Numbered from the whole stretch's first letter, positions 41,043 to 49,466 are shown. The stretch: 63,810 nucleotides of DNA, filler included, from 6 parts of 6 records of this genome joined end to end with filler, not necessarily neighbours in it, one strand, 5' to 3'. Notes: a model not told the origin generated them from the sequence alone. Made by a program: numbers and translations.

Positions 41043-43205
41043 CTATAAATTAATAATATGAGAGTCGACAGTACTCATCTCTTCAGGGTTAATATTCTGA
41101 TCTAATTTCACCCAAAATCCTTTATCTTTTTTGATTTTATTAAACCCTTCACCAATAATGAATTTACCATCACCAGAGTCAACAAGAAAATCTTTGGTCA
41201 TTATGATACTTTGCTCGAAATTTTCACGACACAGTCTATAAAACTCTATTGATTTAGCCAGGTCGAATTCAGAAGTTGGTGCATCAAAAATCATTGGCAA
41301 AGCTTCTCCTGAATTCTTAATTGACAAGTCAGAAATAGCCATTAGGATAGAGATATTAATAGAAGTTTGAGTCGAACTACTTAATGTATGAGTGATGTCT
41401 ACATCAGAGTCTACGTCAATGGTCTTTATAATTATACTATTATCACCACTTCTTTTGATTCTGACAGAACCTGTAAAACCGGAACTAGCATCACCAAATT
41501 TCTTGTAATATTCGTTGGTTTTTATTTCGAGTTCGTTGATGAATTTATCAAAGACATCTTCTCTAACCTCTTTAGTGATTCTTTGTAAGTCGCGGAGCAT
41601 GCTGGTTTTAATATTTTCAGAATCTAAACCTTCTTCAATATTAATTCTATCAATTTTATCCTGTATTACGGATAACTCCATTTTGAAATCTTTAATATCT
41701 TCTTTATTCTTTGATATTTTTTTCTCTAAACGAGGAATGTCGATATTATACTCTCGAATACTAGTTGCTGCATCAAGAATTGTTTCTTCACCAGCATTAC
41801 TTTTATTAATTATTTTAGCACGCTCTTCTTCAAACTTATCAATGCCTTTTTGCTTCTCTACAATTCTCATTTTCAGCAAATCGAGCATATCATAATTTTC
41901 CAGAATCTCTTTCCCTATTATTGAATTATTGATGTTCTTTCGCTTTTTACTCATCTCATTATTTAAAGCTCTCAGTTCATCAATAAAATCATTTTTAAAA
42001 GCTTCTTTCGATTCTTCTATTTCAAGGTCTTCAGGCGTATAATATTCGATAAACTTCTTAAGTCTTTCTTGCATATAATTATAAGCATCAGAACCTTTCA
42101 ATGCTTCTCTATTACACACCTTACACAACTCTTCCTCAAGCATTTCTTCCATATGCTCTTTGGTAGGTGCACCTATCGGAAGAGGTGTTCGAGTTTTTGT
42201 TAATTCGTTTAATAATTCTTTTTTGCCTTTCAGCTTCCCTTGCTCCTCATCGAACTGCTTAGTTAACACTCTCTTTTTTCTACTCAAAGAGTTCACCTTT
42301 TTCTCGAAAGCATCCTGCACTTTATCAAAGGACATTAAAAGCCATTTAGAATCAAATAAATCAACAGTGAAATTAGAGTAGTTATTGTATTTGAATTGTA
42401 AGTCTGATCTCTCTTTTTCGAAATTTGTAATCTTACTATTCACCTTTTGTAGCTGGGGTCCCGACTCGATAAAAGATATATTATCTTCCATTCGTTTACG
42501 TATCTGATAAAGTTCTTCGTCGGCACTTCTGTTTTTAGCCTCAAGATCTGATATTTTATTGTGCTTATAATCTCTGTCTTGAATTAAACGGTTGTATTCT
42601 TTTTGTTGTTTATTATTTGATCTTACTCTTCTATCTAAAACTTTTGTATGTCTCGAATAAGCTTCTTTTGCGATATCAACATAGGTATCAAGCGTACGAA
42701 AATCAGATAGTGCATTTACTAAATTTAATAATGCATCTTTATTTTCTTTAGGGTCGAATATATTTAGAGATCGTTCACCTTTAAAAAGTGAATATTTTCT
42801 TAAAATAGTAGGAAATAGACTATCTAACAATTCTTCTCCATTGGCAGGTATTCTGTCTCCATTATCATTATCAACTAAGCCCGTACAAGTCGATTTAGTA
42901 GCTTGAAACTTGTTGCCAATTTTAGACACCTCAAATGATCGTTGAACTTGATAAACCTTTCTATTTCTTTCACATGTAAATCTGACAGCAACAACAAAGT
43001 CAAGATTATTTGCTTTGGCTTTTTCTGAAATTAACTGTTCACGATTATGATCTTCACCATTCAAAAGCCAATTAATACCATCAAACAGTTTACTTTTACC
43101 ATGTGCGTTAGCTCCCAAAATAATATTCATTCCCTTCTCGAACTTGAATATTTTTCGACCGTAATAGCATTGGAAATTTTCTAATTCAACCTCTTTAATA
43201 ATCAT
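41043..43205 (-). CDS. SMC/Rad50-like coiled-coil ATPase, PbeC/DndD-like
   Basis: I..V.LENFQCYYG, Walker A GANAHGKS, LFKGE, long coiled coil with central CKVC zinc hook, LSSS signature, MIFDAP Walker B. Confidence 0.8.
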   Translation of the reverse strand: MIIKEVELENFQCYYGRKIFKFEKGMNIILGANAHGKSKLFDGINWLLNGEDHNREQLISEKAKANNLDFVVAVRFTCERNRKVYQVQRSFEVSKIGNKFQATKSTCTGLVDNDNGDRIPANGEELLDSLFPTILRKYSLFKGERSLNIFDPKENKDALLNLVNALSDFRTLDTYVDIAKEAYSRHTKVLDRRVRSNNKQQKEYNRLIQDRDYKHNKISDLEAKNRSADEELYQIRKRMEDNISFIESGPQLQKVNSKITNFEKERSDLQFKYNNYSNFTVDLFDSKWLLMSFDKVQDAFEKKVNSLSRKKRVLTKQFDEEQGKLKGKKELLNELTKTRTPLPIGAPTKEHMEEMLEEELCKVCNREALKGSDAYNYMQERLKKFIEYYTPEDLEIEESKEAFKNDFIDELRALNNEMSKKRKNINNSIIGKEILENYDMLDLLKMRIVEKQKGIDKFEEERAKIINKSNAGEETILDAATSIREYNIDIPRLEKKISKNKEDIKDFKMELSVIQDKIDRINIEEGLDSENIKTSMLRDLQRITKEVREDVFDKFINELEIKTNEYYKKFGDASSGFTGSVRIKRSGDNSIIIKTIDVDSDVDITHTLSSSTQTSINISILMAISDLSIKNSGEALPMIFDAPTSEFDLAKSIEFYRLCRENFEQSIIMTKDFLVDSGDGKFIIGEGFNKIKKDKGFWVKLDQNINPEEMSTVDSHIINL

Positions 43206-43210
43206 ACTAC

Positions 43211-43429
43211 TTAATCGTTTAATGTTTTTAATAGCGTACTTGCAACTTCATCTTTAGAACAATTTTGAATCTCTACAGATTTAACCATTGTTCTAATAAT
43301 TTCAACCATTCTACAATTTGTTGAAGGACCTACTACTAATAAGTCATTTGAACTATTATCAAAGTCATACTTCTCTTTTATTAAAGGATGAGAAAGCATC
43401 GCATTAAGGATTTTATCTTTTTTAGTCAT
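43211..43429 (-). CDS. Small protein in the PbeB position
   Basis: 72-aa ORF; ATGACTAA 8-nt overlap with the helicase stop and 5 nt from the SMC start. Confidence 0.6.
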   Translation of the reverse strand: MTKKDKILNAMLSHPLIKEKYDFDNSSNDLLVVGPSTNCRMVEIIRTMVKSVEIQNCSKDEVASTLLKTLND

Positions 43430-45641
43430 CGCTATTTATATTATCATTAATGTTGAACAAGTTGAGTTTAAACTTTCTGCAGATATCATCGAGCACTTCG
43501 AAAGTGTGGTATTTATTATTAGCTAGAAATGAGAAATTCACAACTCGCTCTAACTCTTTCTTCACTATATTTTGCTGCATTCGAAAGTTGATTTCTGATT
43601 CTTCATTCAAATTAGGAACTACAATTAAATCGTGAATGGTAGCAAAATTTTTACCTTCTGCTTGACGAAGAACTCTACCTCTACGCTGAATAAATTGTTT
43701 TGGATTACCTGTACTAGCACAAAAGAAAGCTAATTCTGTTTGTGGAATATCAACCCCTTCATCCAAACATTTCATAGATATAAGCACGTTAATTTCACCT
43801 GCTGAAAATTTACCTAAAATCTCTTTTCTATTTTTTGTATTAGAAGTAAACTGAGACACTGTCAGCATCTTATCGATATCACGCACTTCTTTTGTGAACT
43901 GCTTAAGTATATTTATATGAAAATCAGGTTCATCTTGTATCTCTTCGTCAACATCTCCTTCTGGAGCATAAACTAGTGCATTTCTAAGATGTCCTCTCTT
44001 ATTATATTCATCATTTAATATTTGCTTAAACTTTGGTAGTTTATTTTGGGCTTTATGAATTATTCTCTTTCTTTTTTGAAGAAGAATCTCAACTATCTCA
44101 TTTTTCGCATAGCTATTTTTATCAGCATCATAAAATTTTGCCAGCTTCTTTGATATCTTATCGTATTCTTCTAATTCTACTTCAGAAAGATAAACCACAT
44201 GAGGATAATAGTAATATTCACACAAAACACCATTATCAATAGCCTGTTTCATTGTATAAGAAAAAGTATATGGAGGATAGGAATTGAAAAAATCTCTAAT
44301 TTTTCCATTCCCATATTCATCGTATTGCCTTTCGAGAGTAGCAGACAGACCTATTCTTTTCTGCAGCATTATATTGGGTAAGAACTTAAGCAAACTGTTA
44401 CTTCCCATATTATGGGCTTCGTCTGCAATTAAGATACCATTGAACTTACTAATATATTTTCTGAATTTTGGACGAACAAGAGAATTGTAGGTTACAATAA
44501 CGATAGTTGAATATTTTTGACCTAAAGATTTTCTAAAGAAATAATCCGTTAAATCTTCTTCCCATTTATTACCACCTCCTACTTTAATAACATTATTGAA
44601 GTTAAACTTTGCACATTCCTCGGCCCATTGTTCGACTAATGCAATTGATGGCACTAAAATTAAAGCATTGTAATAGCCTGTTTTTTGACACTCCTCTAAA
44701 ACACAATTTAAAGACGTTATTGTTTTACCTGTACCAGTTGCCATATCAAAAATTCCTTGACAGGAATTCTCTAACCAATTTTTGTATGCTTGAGCTTGAT
44801 ATTCTCGAGGACCAGTAGGGTATGGAAATCTAGGTTGGTTTTCTAATTTAAAGAGTTCCTTTTCTAAATTTTGAATTTTTTTCTTGGTGCTGGAATTACT
44901 ATTGGATAAATATTTTTCTTTTTGAGAAAGAACTAATTCATCCTTAATAAGATCAGGCAAATCTTTATTGCCGAATTCATTTATTAATACTTCCTCTATT
45001 TCAGAAGCATTGAGATATTCAATGTAGTTTGCATTTTCAGAAAAGATATCATCAAATTTTACTTGGTTTTCTTTTACTGCGTATTGGTCTGAATCGTCCC
45101 AGGAGAATTTCACTCCGATTTCTTCTAAGTTATTGAATAGTGCGTTCGCAGTAAAATTGCATGATCCTTTGAATAGAATATTGTTTTTGCCATCAGAAAA
45201 AACTCCTGATTTATAATGTGCGATACCTGGACTATCTTTAGGTTTTATAATTTTTATTTCAATTCTTTTTTGAGCAATTAACCAGGCTATACAATTAAAG
45301 AAGTGCTCACCAGCTTCTGTAAGATTATTCTTTACATCCTTTATTGATAATTCTTTCCCATAGAATTCTTGTGGCTCCATCGAAAGACCATTAACAATTG
45401 CTTGTTTGTCTTCTTTACGGAGAAATTGGTTGATTGCCATGCGCATGTGACCACCATTTGCCAAGAACTTTGTAAATCCAAACGCCAATACATTTATTGC
45501 GCTAGAACTAAAATATCCAAGTAATAAATCAAACTGCTTACTATTGGAAAGTGCATCTAAATAAAATCCGATTGGTTCATGAGTGGTTCCTGACGAATAC
45601 TCTTTTGATAAAGGATAGTTTATTGATTTTAGGTTACACAT
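43422..45641 (-). CDS. PLD-nuclease + SF2 (DEAH, ResIII-like) helicase, PbeA-like
   Basis: GYFSS, HYKSGVFSD...GSCNFT (HKD-type PLD); PREYQ, MATGTGKT, DEAH, SAT, EGVDIP, QRRGRVLR. Confidence 0.85.
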   Translation of the reverse strand: MCNLKSINYPLSKEYSSGTTHEPIGFYLDALSNSKQFDLLLGYFSSSAINVLAFGFTKFLANGGHMRMAINQFLRKEDKQAIVNGLSMEPQEFYGKELSIKDVKNNLTEAGEHFFNCIAWLIAQKRIEIKIIKPKDSPGIAHYKSGVFSDGKNNILFKGSCNFTANALFNNLEEIGVKFSWDDSDQYAVKENQVKFDDIFSENANYIEYLNASEIEEVLINEFGNKDLPDLIKDELVLSQKEKYLSNSNSSTKKKIQNLEKELFKLENQPRFPYPTGPREYQAQAYKNWLENSCQGIFDMATGTGKTITSLNCVLEECQKTGYYNALILVPSIALVEQWAEECAKFNFNNVIKVGGGNKWEEDLTDYFFRKSLGQKYSTIVIVTYNSLVRPKFRKYISKFNGILIADEAHNMGSNSLLKFLPNIMLQKRIGLSATLERQYDEYGNGKIRDFFNSYPPYTFSYTMKQAIDNGVLCEYYYYPHVVYLSEVELEEYDKISKKLAKFYDADKNSYAKNEIVEILLQKRKRIIHKAQNKLPKFKQILNDEYNKRGHLRNALVYAPEGDVDEEIQDEPDFHINILKQFTKEVRDIDKMLTVSQFTSNTKNRKEILGKFSAGEINVLISMKCLDEGVDIPQTELAFFCASTGNPKQFIQRRGRVLRQAEGKNFATIHDLIVVPNLNEESEINFRMQQNIVKKELERVVNFSFLANNKYHTFEVLDDICRKFKLNLFNINDNINSDD

Positions 45642-46798
45642 TAGTCAATAATATTTTTTAATAAAGTTATTGACTGCTTTATCTCTTCTTGTGTTGTTGA
45701 CTTTCCAAAACTAAAACGCAAACAATTTTCAGCATCAGAATTTGCCATCCCCAAGCCTCTCAAAACATGAGAAGGCTCAACAATTTGAGTTGTACATGCG
45801 GAACCTGTAGAGAAGAATAATTTATCTTTTAAAGGGAAAATAATTTCCTCACTATCGTTATTTAAGAAATGGATATTTGAGATAAATGGAGAACGATTTG
45901 CTTCTTTAGCCACAACGGCAATTTTTCCTGTTTTCAAAAGTTCACTTTCAAACTCCTCTTTTAATAGAGTCATTCGTTCATACTCTGAATCTCTTTTACC
46001 TTTTAATAATTCAGCAGCTTTTCCTATTCCTACAATACCAGGTACATTTAAGGTTCCGGATCTTAGATTTGTTTGTTGACCTCCACCATGAATCAAAGGA
46101 ATTAGTTTTTCGTTCTTTCGAATTAATAAGGCTCCTACTCCCTTAGGTGCATACATTTTATGCCCCGAAAAAATCACAAAATCAGGAGAAAACTGCTCTA
46201 AATTCACTTCTAGTTTTCCTACAGCTTGTGTAGCATCACAAAGAAAACTTACTGATTTCCTCTTACATATTTCAGAGATTTTCTCAGTATCATGAATGAC
46301 TCCAGTTTCATTATTTACAGACATTAAGGCAACTACAAGAGTTTTTTCATTAATCGATTTTTCCAGATCTACTAATGAAATATTGCCATTAATATCTACC
46401 GGAAGATATTCGATTTCTGCTCCAAGGGTTTCCAAATACTCACAAACCGATAAAACTGCCTTGTGCTCTGTTTTACAGGTAATGATTTTATTCCTGCTAT
46501 TACCATAAAGCGCAAAGAGGCTTTTTAATGCCGTATTAATCGATTCTGTTGCTCCACTAGTAAATATTAGATTGTAATCCCAGGCATTCAACAAATCCTT
46601 AATTTGCTCTTCTGCTTTCTTAATAGCATTAGTCGCAGATTGACCAATTGCATTAATAGCGTTTGATGGATTGCTATATATTGTAGTGAAATATGGTATT
46701 ATCTCATTAAGTACCTCTTCGTCTACAGGAGTCGAAGCTGCATAATCCAGATAAATAGGTCTTTTATTTGACATATACAATTTTACTTTAGCTTTCAC
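45641..46798 (-). CDS. Cysteine desulfurase, IscS group (SspA/DndA-like)
   Basis: YLDYAASTP, SGATES, EHKAV, DATQA, PLP Lys SGHK, RSGT, catalytic GSAC; TAATG overlap with the helicase start. Confidence 0.92.
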   Translation of the reverse strand: MKAKVKLYMSNKRPIYLDYAASTPVDEEVLNEIIPYFTTIYSNPSNAINAIGQSATNAIKKAEEQIKDLLNAWDYNLIFTSGATESINTALKSLFALYGNSRNKIITCKTEHKAVLSVCEYLETLGAEIEYLPVDINGNISLVDLEKSINEKTLVVALMSVNNETGVIHDTEKISEICKRKSVSFLCDATQAVGKLEVNLEQFSPDFVIFSGHKMYAPKGVGALLIRKNEKLIPLIHGGGQQTNLRSGTLNVPGIVGIGKAAELLKGKRDSEYERMTLLKEEFESELLKTGKIAVVAKEANRSPFISNIHFLNNDSEEIIFPLKDKLFFSTGSACTTQIVEPSHVLRGLGMANSDAENCLRFSFGKSTTQEEIKQSITLLKNIID

Positions 46799-47097
46799 TA
46801 AAGTAAGAAAAACACATTTAAAAACAGAGAATCTATGAGTATTAAAATATATTGAATCATTAACTCAACTACACAAAGAATACCTATAATGCTTATAATA
46901 ATACATATACGATACTGCTTGTCAAATTTTGCCAAATATGTCAAGTTTTGTCATCTGATTATAGAAATGCATATTCCTAAAACATTCTATCAAATTCAAA
47001 CTAAATCTGTCTATACATATTGTTTGACTTCTTAGAATATTTTAACTTTAGTATTATAAATAATAATTGATTGTTAAATCAGTAGTTTAGTAAGAAG

Positions 47098-47129
47098 AGC
47101 TCTTTCGGTCCGGGAAGGGCTTTTTTTTT
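47098..47129 (+). terminator. Intrinsic terminator-like hairpin
   Basis: AGCTCTTTC-GGTCCG-GGAAGGGCT followed by a T-run. Confidence 0.6.
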
Positions 47130-47237
47130 CTTCGACTCCGCTCAGAAACCTGATTCTTAGATCAAATCCCGAAGGGTCGGGACCAGCATAGCTGGAAGGA
47201 GAAAATCCCAAGGACCAAAATCCAAATTCCAAAAGGA
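47130..47237. repeat. Cluster of short Bacteroidota REP-like palindromes at the contig end
   Basis: CTTCGACTCCGCTCAG (47130-47145), TCCCGA-AGGG-TCGGGA (47167-47182), CCAGC-ATA-GCTGG (47183-47195), AAATCC(C)AA/AATTCCAA iterations. Confidence 0.45.
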
Positions 47238-47337
47238 NNNNNNNNNNNNNNNNNNNNNNNNNNNNNNNNNNNNNNNNNNNNTTAATTAATTAANNNNNNN
47301 NNNNNNNNNNNNNNNNNNNNNNNNNNNNNNNNNNNNN
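47238..47337. other. Artificial contig linker
   Basis: N44-TTAATTAATTAA-N44. Confidence 0.99.
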
Positions 47338-47654
47338 AAAGACGCTTGGAGGAAGCCTCCAAGCGGACCAAAGAGTATTCATACCGAACCCTCACGCCAC
47401 CCGAAGCGGACAAGCACCTCATGGCTTTTTCCGTCACCATTCCCCCTAAAACGGGGCACGAAGGGGTCGGTTATCAGCATGAGGGTGAGGAGTTTGTTTA
47501 TGTTGTTTCGGGAGAAGTTGAACTGCTCGTGGACAAGGAAAAACACCGTCTGGGTGAAAAAGAATCCCATCGTTTCAATGCCAATGTGGATCACCACCTG
47601 TCCAATCCGGGTGATGAGACGGCAGAGTTGCTGGTAATTCTTTACGTGCCTTGA
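47338..47654 (+). CDS. Cupin domain, probably the C-terminus of an XRE-cupin transcriptional regulator (5'-truncated)
   Basis: Y.Y..LT, HEGEEFVYVVSGEVE, F.A...H.L.N cupin motifs; frame open to the contig start. Confidence 0.8.
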
Positions 47655-47668
47655 TCCACCTCACCGCT

Positions 47669-48979
47669 TCATCCTGACGCCAGATACTGTTTGATGCTCC
47701 TCGAAAGAGTTTCGAAGGTTTCCGTGAACCTGCGTTCTTCGGTTTCCAGCAGGGTTACCCGAAACCCCTGCAAATCGGAACTGAAAGAGGTCAGGGGAAC
47801 GACGCAGATACCGGTGGCCCCCAGCAGATAATAGACAAACCGTTTATCCGGCTGCATTTTTTCGTCTTTTGCGGTTAAACTCTCGATGAGCTCCCGGACT
47901 TCGGGGTTGGCAATGGTCAGGGTTTGTTCCCGGTTTATTCTCCCTTCTTCAAAAACCACGGTCATATAAAAGGCGCCATTGGTTTGGTTCACCATGATGC
48001 CGGGAATGTCTTTCAATTTTCCGTAACCGATTTCCGAGAAACGTTCATAGCGCTTGCGGCGTTTCATGAGATGATCCGCGTAAGCAGGGTGTTCAAAAAC
48101 CCGGGGAATGGCCTTTTGTGGAAGGGTTGTGGAACATACCTCCACCATTTTCGCATTAATGATGCTTCTGATATAGTTTGCGAACATGGGATCCCGATCC
48201 GCATTATACACTTCCATCCATCCGCAACGCCCTCCCGGCCAGGGAAGTTCTTTGGAAATGCCTTTCATGGAAATGGCCGGTACATCTCCGATCAGTTCAG
48301 ACAGAGATTTCCCTTTATGACCGTTATATGCAAGATTCAGATAGATTTCGTCCGCGATGATAAAGAGATCAAAATCTCGTGCAATGGAAACGATTTCTTC
48401 CAACAGGTTCTCCGGATACACCATTCCCGTGGGATTGTCGGGATTAATGATGAGGATCGCAGCAACCGCCGGGTTATATTTGACCCGTCGCCGCAATTCC
48501 AACACATCCGGATACCAGTGGTTCCGGGGGTTGAGGGGATAGCACACGGGCGGGAGTCCCGCATGGGCGGCTTCCGAGGACGAGTGGGTCGTATATGTGG
48601 GTGAAGGGGTAATCACACGGGCGGTTCGACGCAAAAAACCGTATACTTTGGTGATGGCATCGCCTAAACCGTTAAAGAAAAGAATATCTTTTTCATTCAG
48701 GTGGACCCCGCTTGTCCGGTTGGTCATGGCGGCCAGGTATTTTCGCGTTTCCAAATCGCCCAATGTGGCGCTGTAGGCGTATGAATCGTCCTCCATGGCC
48801 AGATCCGCGATGATGCTTTTCAGCCACTCGGGTATTTTTTCGCCTTTCGCCACGGGGTCCCCGATGTTTTCCAGGGTGACTTCCATGCCCATGGCGGTCA
48901 GCTTTTCCACCACCTGCATGATTTCTCGAATTTCATAGGTCAGTTCGCCTGCGCCGATGTGAACAATATCGGTTCGCAT
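47669..48979 (-). CDS. PLP-dependent aminotransferase class I/II (related to AlaA/AlaT-type alanine transaminases)
   Basis: LTYEIR, ENIGDP, INPDNPTG, ADEIY, PLP Lys SK, RCGW, GAFY; true ATG at 48979 with GAGGAGG RBS. Confidence 0.85.
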   Translation of the reverse strand: MRTDIVHIGAGELTYEIREIMQVVEKLTAMGMEVTLENIGDPVAKGEKIPEWLKSIIADLAMEDDSYAYSATLGDLETRKYLAAMTNRTSGVHLNEKDILFFNGLGDAITKVYGFLRRTARVITPSPTYTTHSSSEAAHAGLPPVCYPLNPRNHWYPDVLELRRRVKYNPAVAAILIINPDNPTGMVYPENLLEEIVSIARDFDLFIIADEIYLNLAYNGHKGKSLSELIGDVPAISMKGISKELPWPGGRCGWMEVYNADRDPMFANYIRSIINAKMVEVCSTTLPQKAIPRVFEHPAYADHLMKRRKRYERFSEIGYGKLKDIPGIMVNQTNGAFYMTVVFEEGRINREQTLTIANPEVRELIESLTAKDEKMQPDKRFVYYLLGATGICVVPLTSFSSDLQGFRVTLLETEERRFTETFETLSRSIKQYLASG

Positions 48980-49020
48980 AAATGATTCCTCCTCTCCCTT
49001 AATAAATCTCTCGCGTCCAC

Positions 49021-49052
49021 AAAAAAAAAGGGCCGCAAATTTCAGCAGCCCC
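49021..49052 (-). terminator. Leader terminator 2
   Basis: - strand GGGCTGC-TGAAATTT-GCGGCCC followed by T9. Confidence 0.7.
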
Positions 49053-49083
49053 AAAAAAAAAGGCTGCGAGTCGCCCGCAGCCT
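49053..49083 (-). terminator. Leader (attenuator) terminator 1
   Basis: - strand AGGCTGCG-GGCGACT-CGCAGCCT followed by T8. Confidence 0.85.
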
Positions 49084-49102
49084 GGTTGGTCTTGTTGATG
49101 GT

Positions 49103-49252
49103 TTATGCCATCGACAGCCCTCCCGGAACCACGGGCACCACAGATGCCGCAGCGGCGGATGCCGCCCCGCTCAACATGTGAAGTCTGCCGATGATCCGTT
49201 GGTTACGAAAAATAGACACGTCGATGATCCCTTCGAAAATCTTAAAATTCAT
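49103..49252 (-). CDS. Putative Ala/Val-rich leader peptide (49 aa); absent from the ORF track
   Basis: MNFKIFEGIIDVSIFRNQRIIGRLHMLSGAASAAAASVVPVVPGGLSMA*; AAGGGAG RBS upstream; stop 19 nt before terminator 1. Confidence 0.7.
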   Translation of the reverse strand: MNFKIFEGIIDVSIFRNQRIIGRLHMLSGAASAAAASVVPVVPGGLSMA

Positions 49253-49278
49253 AAACTCGACACTCCCTTATGACATGC

Positions 49279-49308
49279 TTTATAAAACAATTCAAGGTTT
49301 TTTTTCAA
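49279..49308 (-). promoter_or_regulatory. Putative sigma70 promoter of the leader/aminotransferase transcript
   Basis: TTGAAA-N18-TATAAA on the - strand just upstream of the leader RBS. Confidence 0.45.
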
Positions 49309-49466
49309 TGATTCTCATTTTCGGTAAAAACGAATTGGCATTGGCTTTTCCATGAAGATAGGGTATGGATAGCGAGTTCCTCTGATATGTGGGGCCGGGC
49401 CCATGTGCCCGGCCATTCAAATAAACGGGATGCGCTGCCGGGGCATCCGAAAAAGGAGTCAGCCAT

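Noticed and set aside
41043-43205. SMC-like ATPase as canonical DndD, SbcC, or the Lamassu/Wadjet SMC subunit
   Set aside because: It is not in a dndC-dndD-dndE order and has no SbcD or JetABD neighbours; its context (PLD-helicase, small ORF, SMC, 182-aa ORF) matches the Pbe order. A distant relationship to Lamassu cannot be excluded without HMMs
48980-49054. 25-aa N-terminal extension of the aminotransferase given by the ORF track
   Set aside because: It runs through a terminator hairpin and T-run; the GAGGAGG RBS supports the ATG at 48979
49336-49351. Sigma54 promoter upstream of queF (TTGGCATTGGCTTTTC)
   Set aside because: The -24 GG is present but the -12 GC is not
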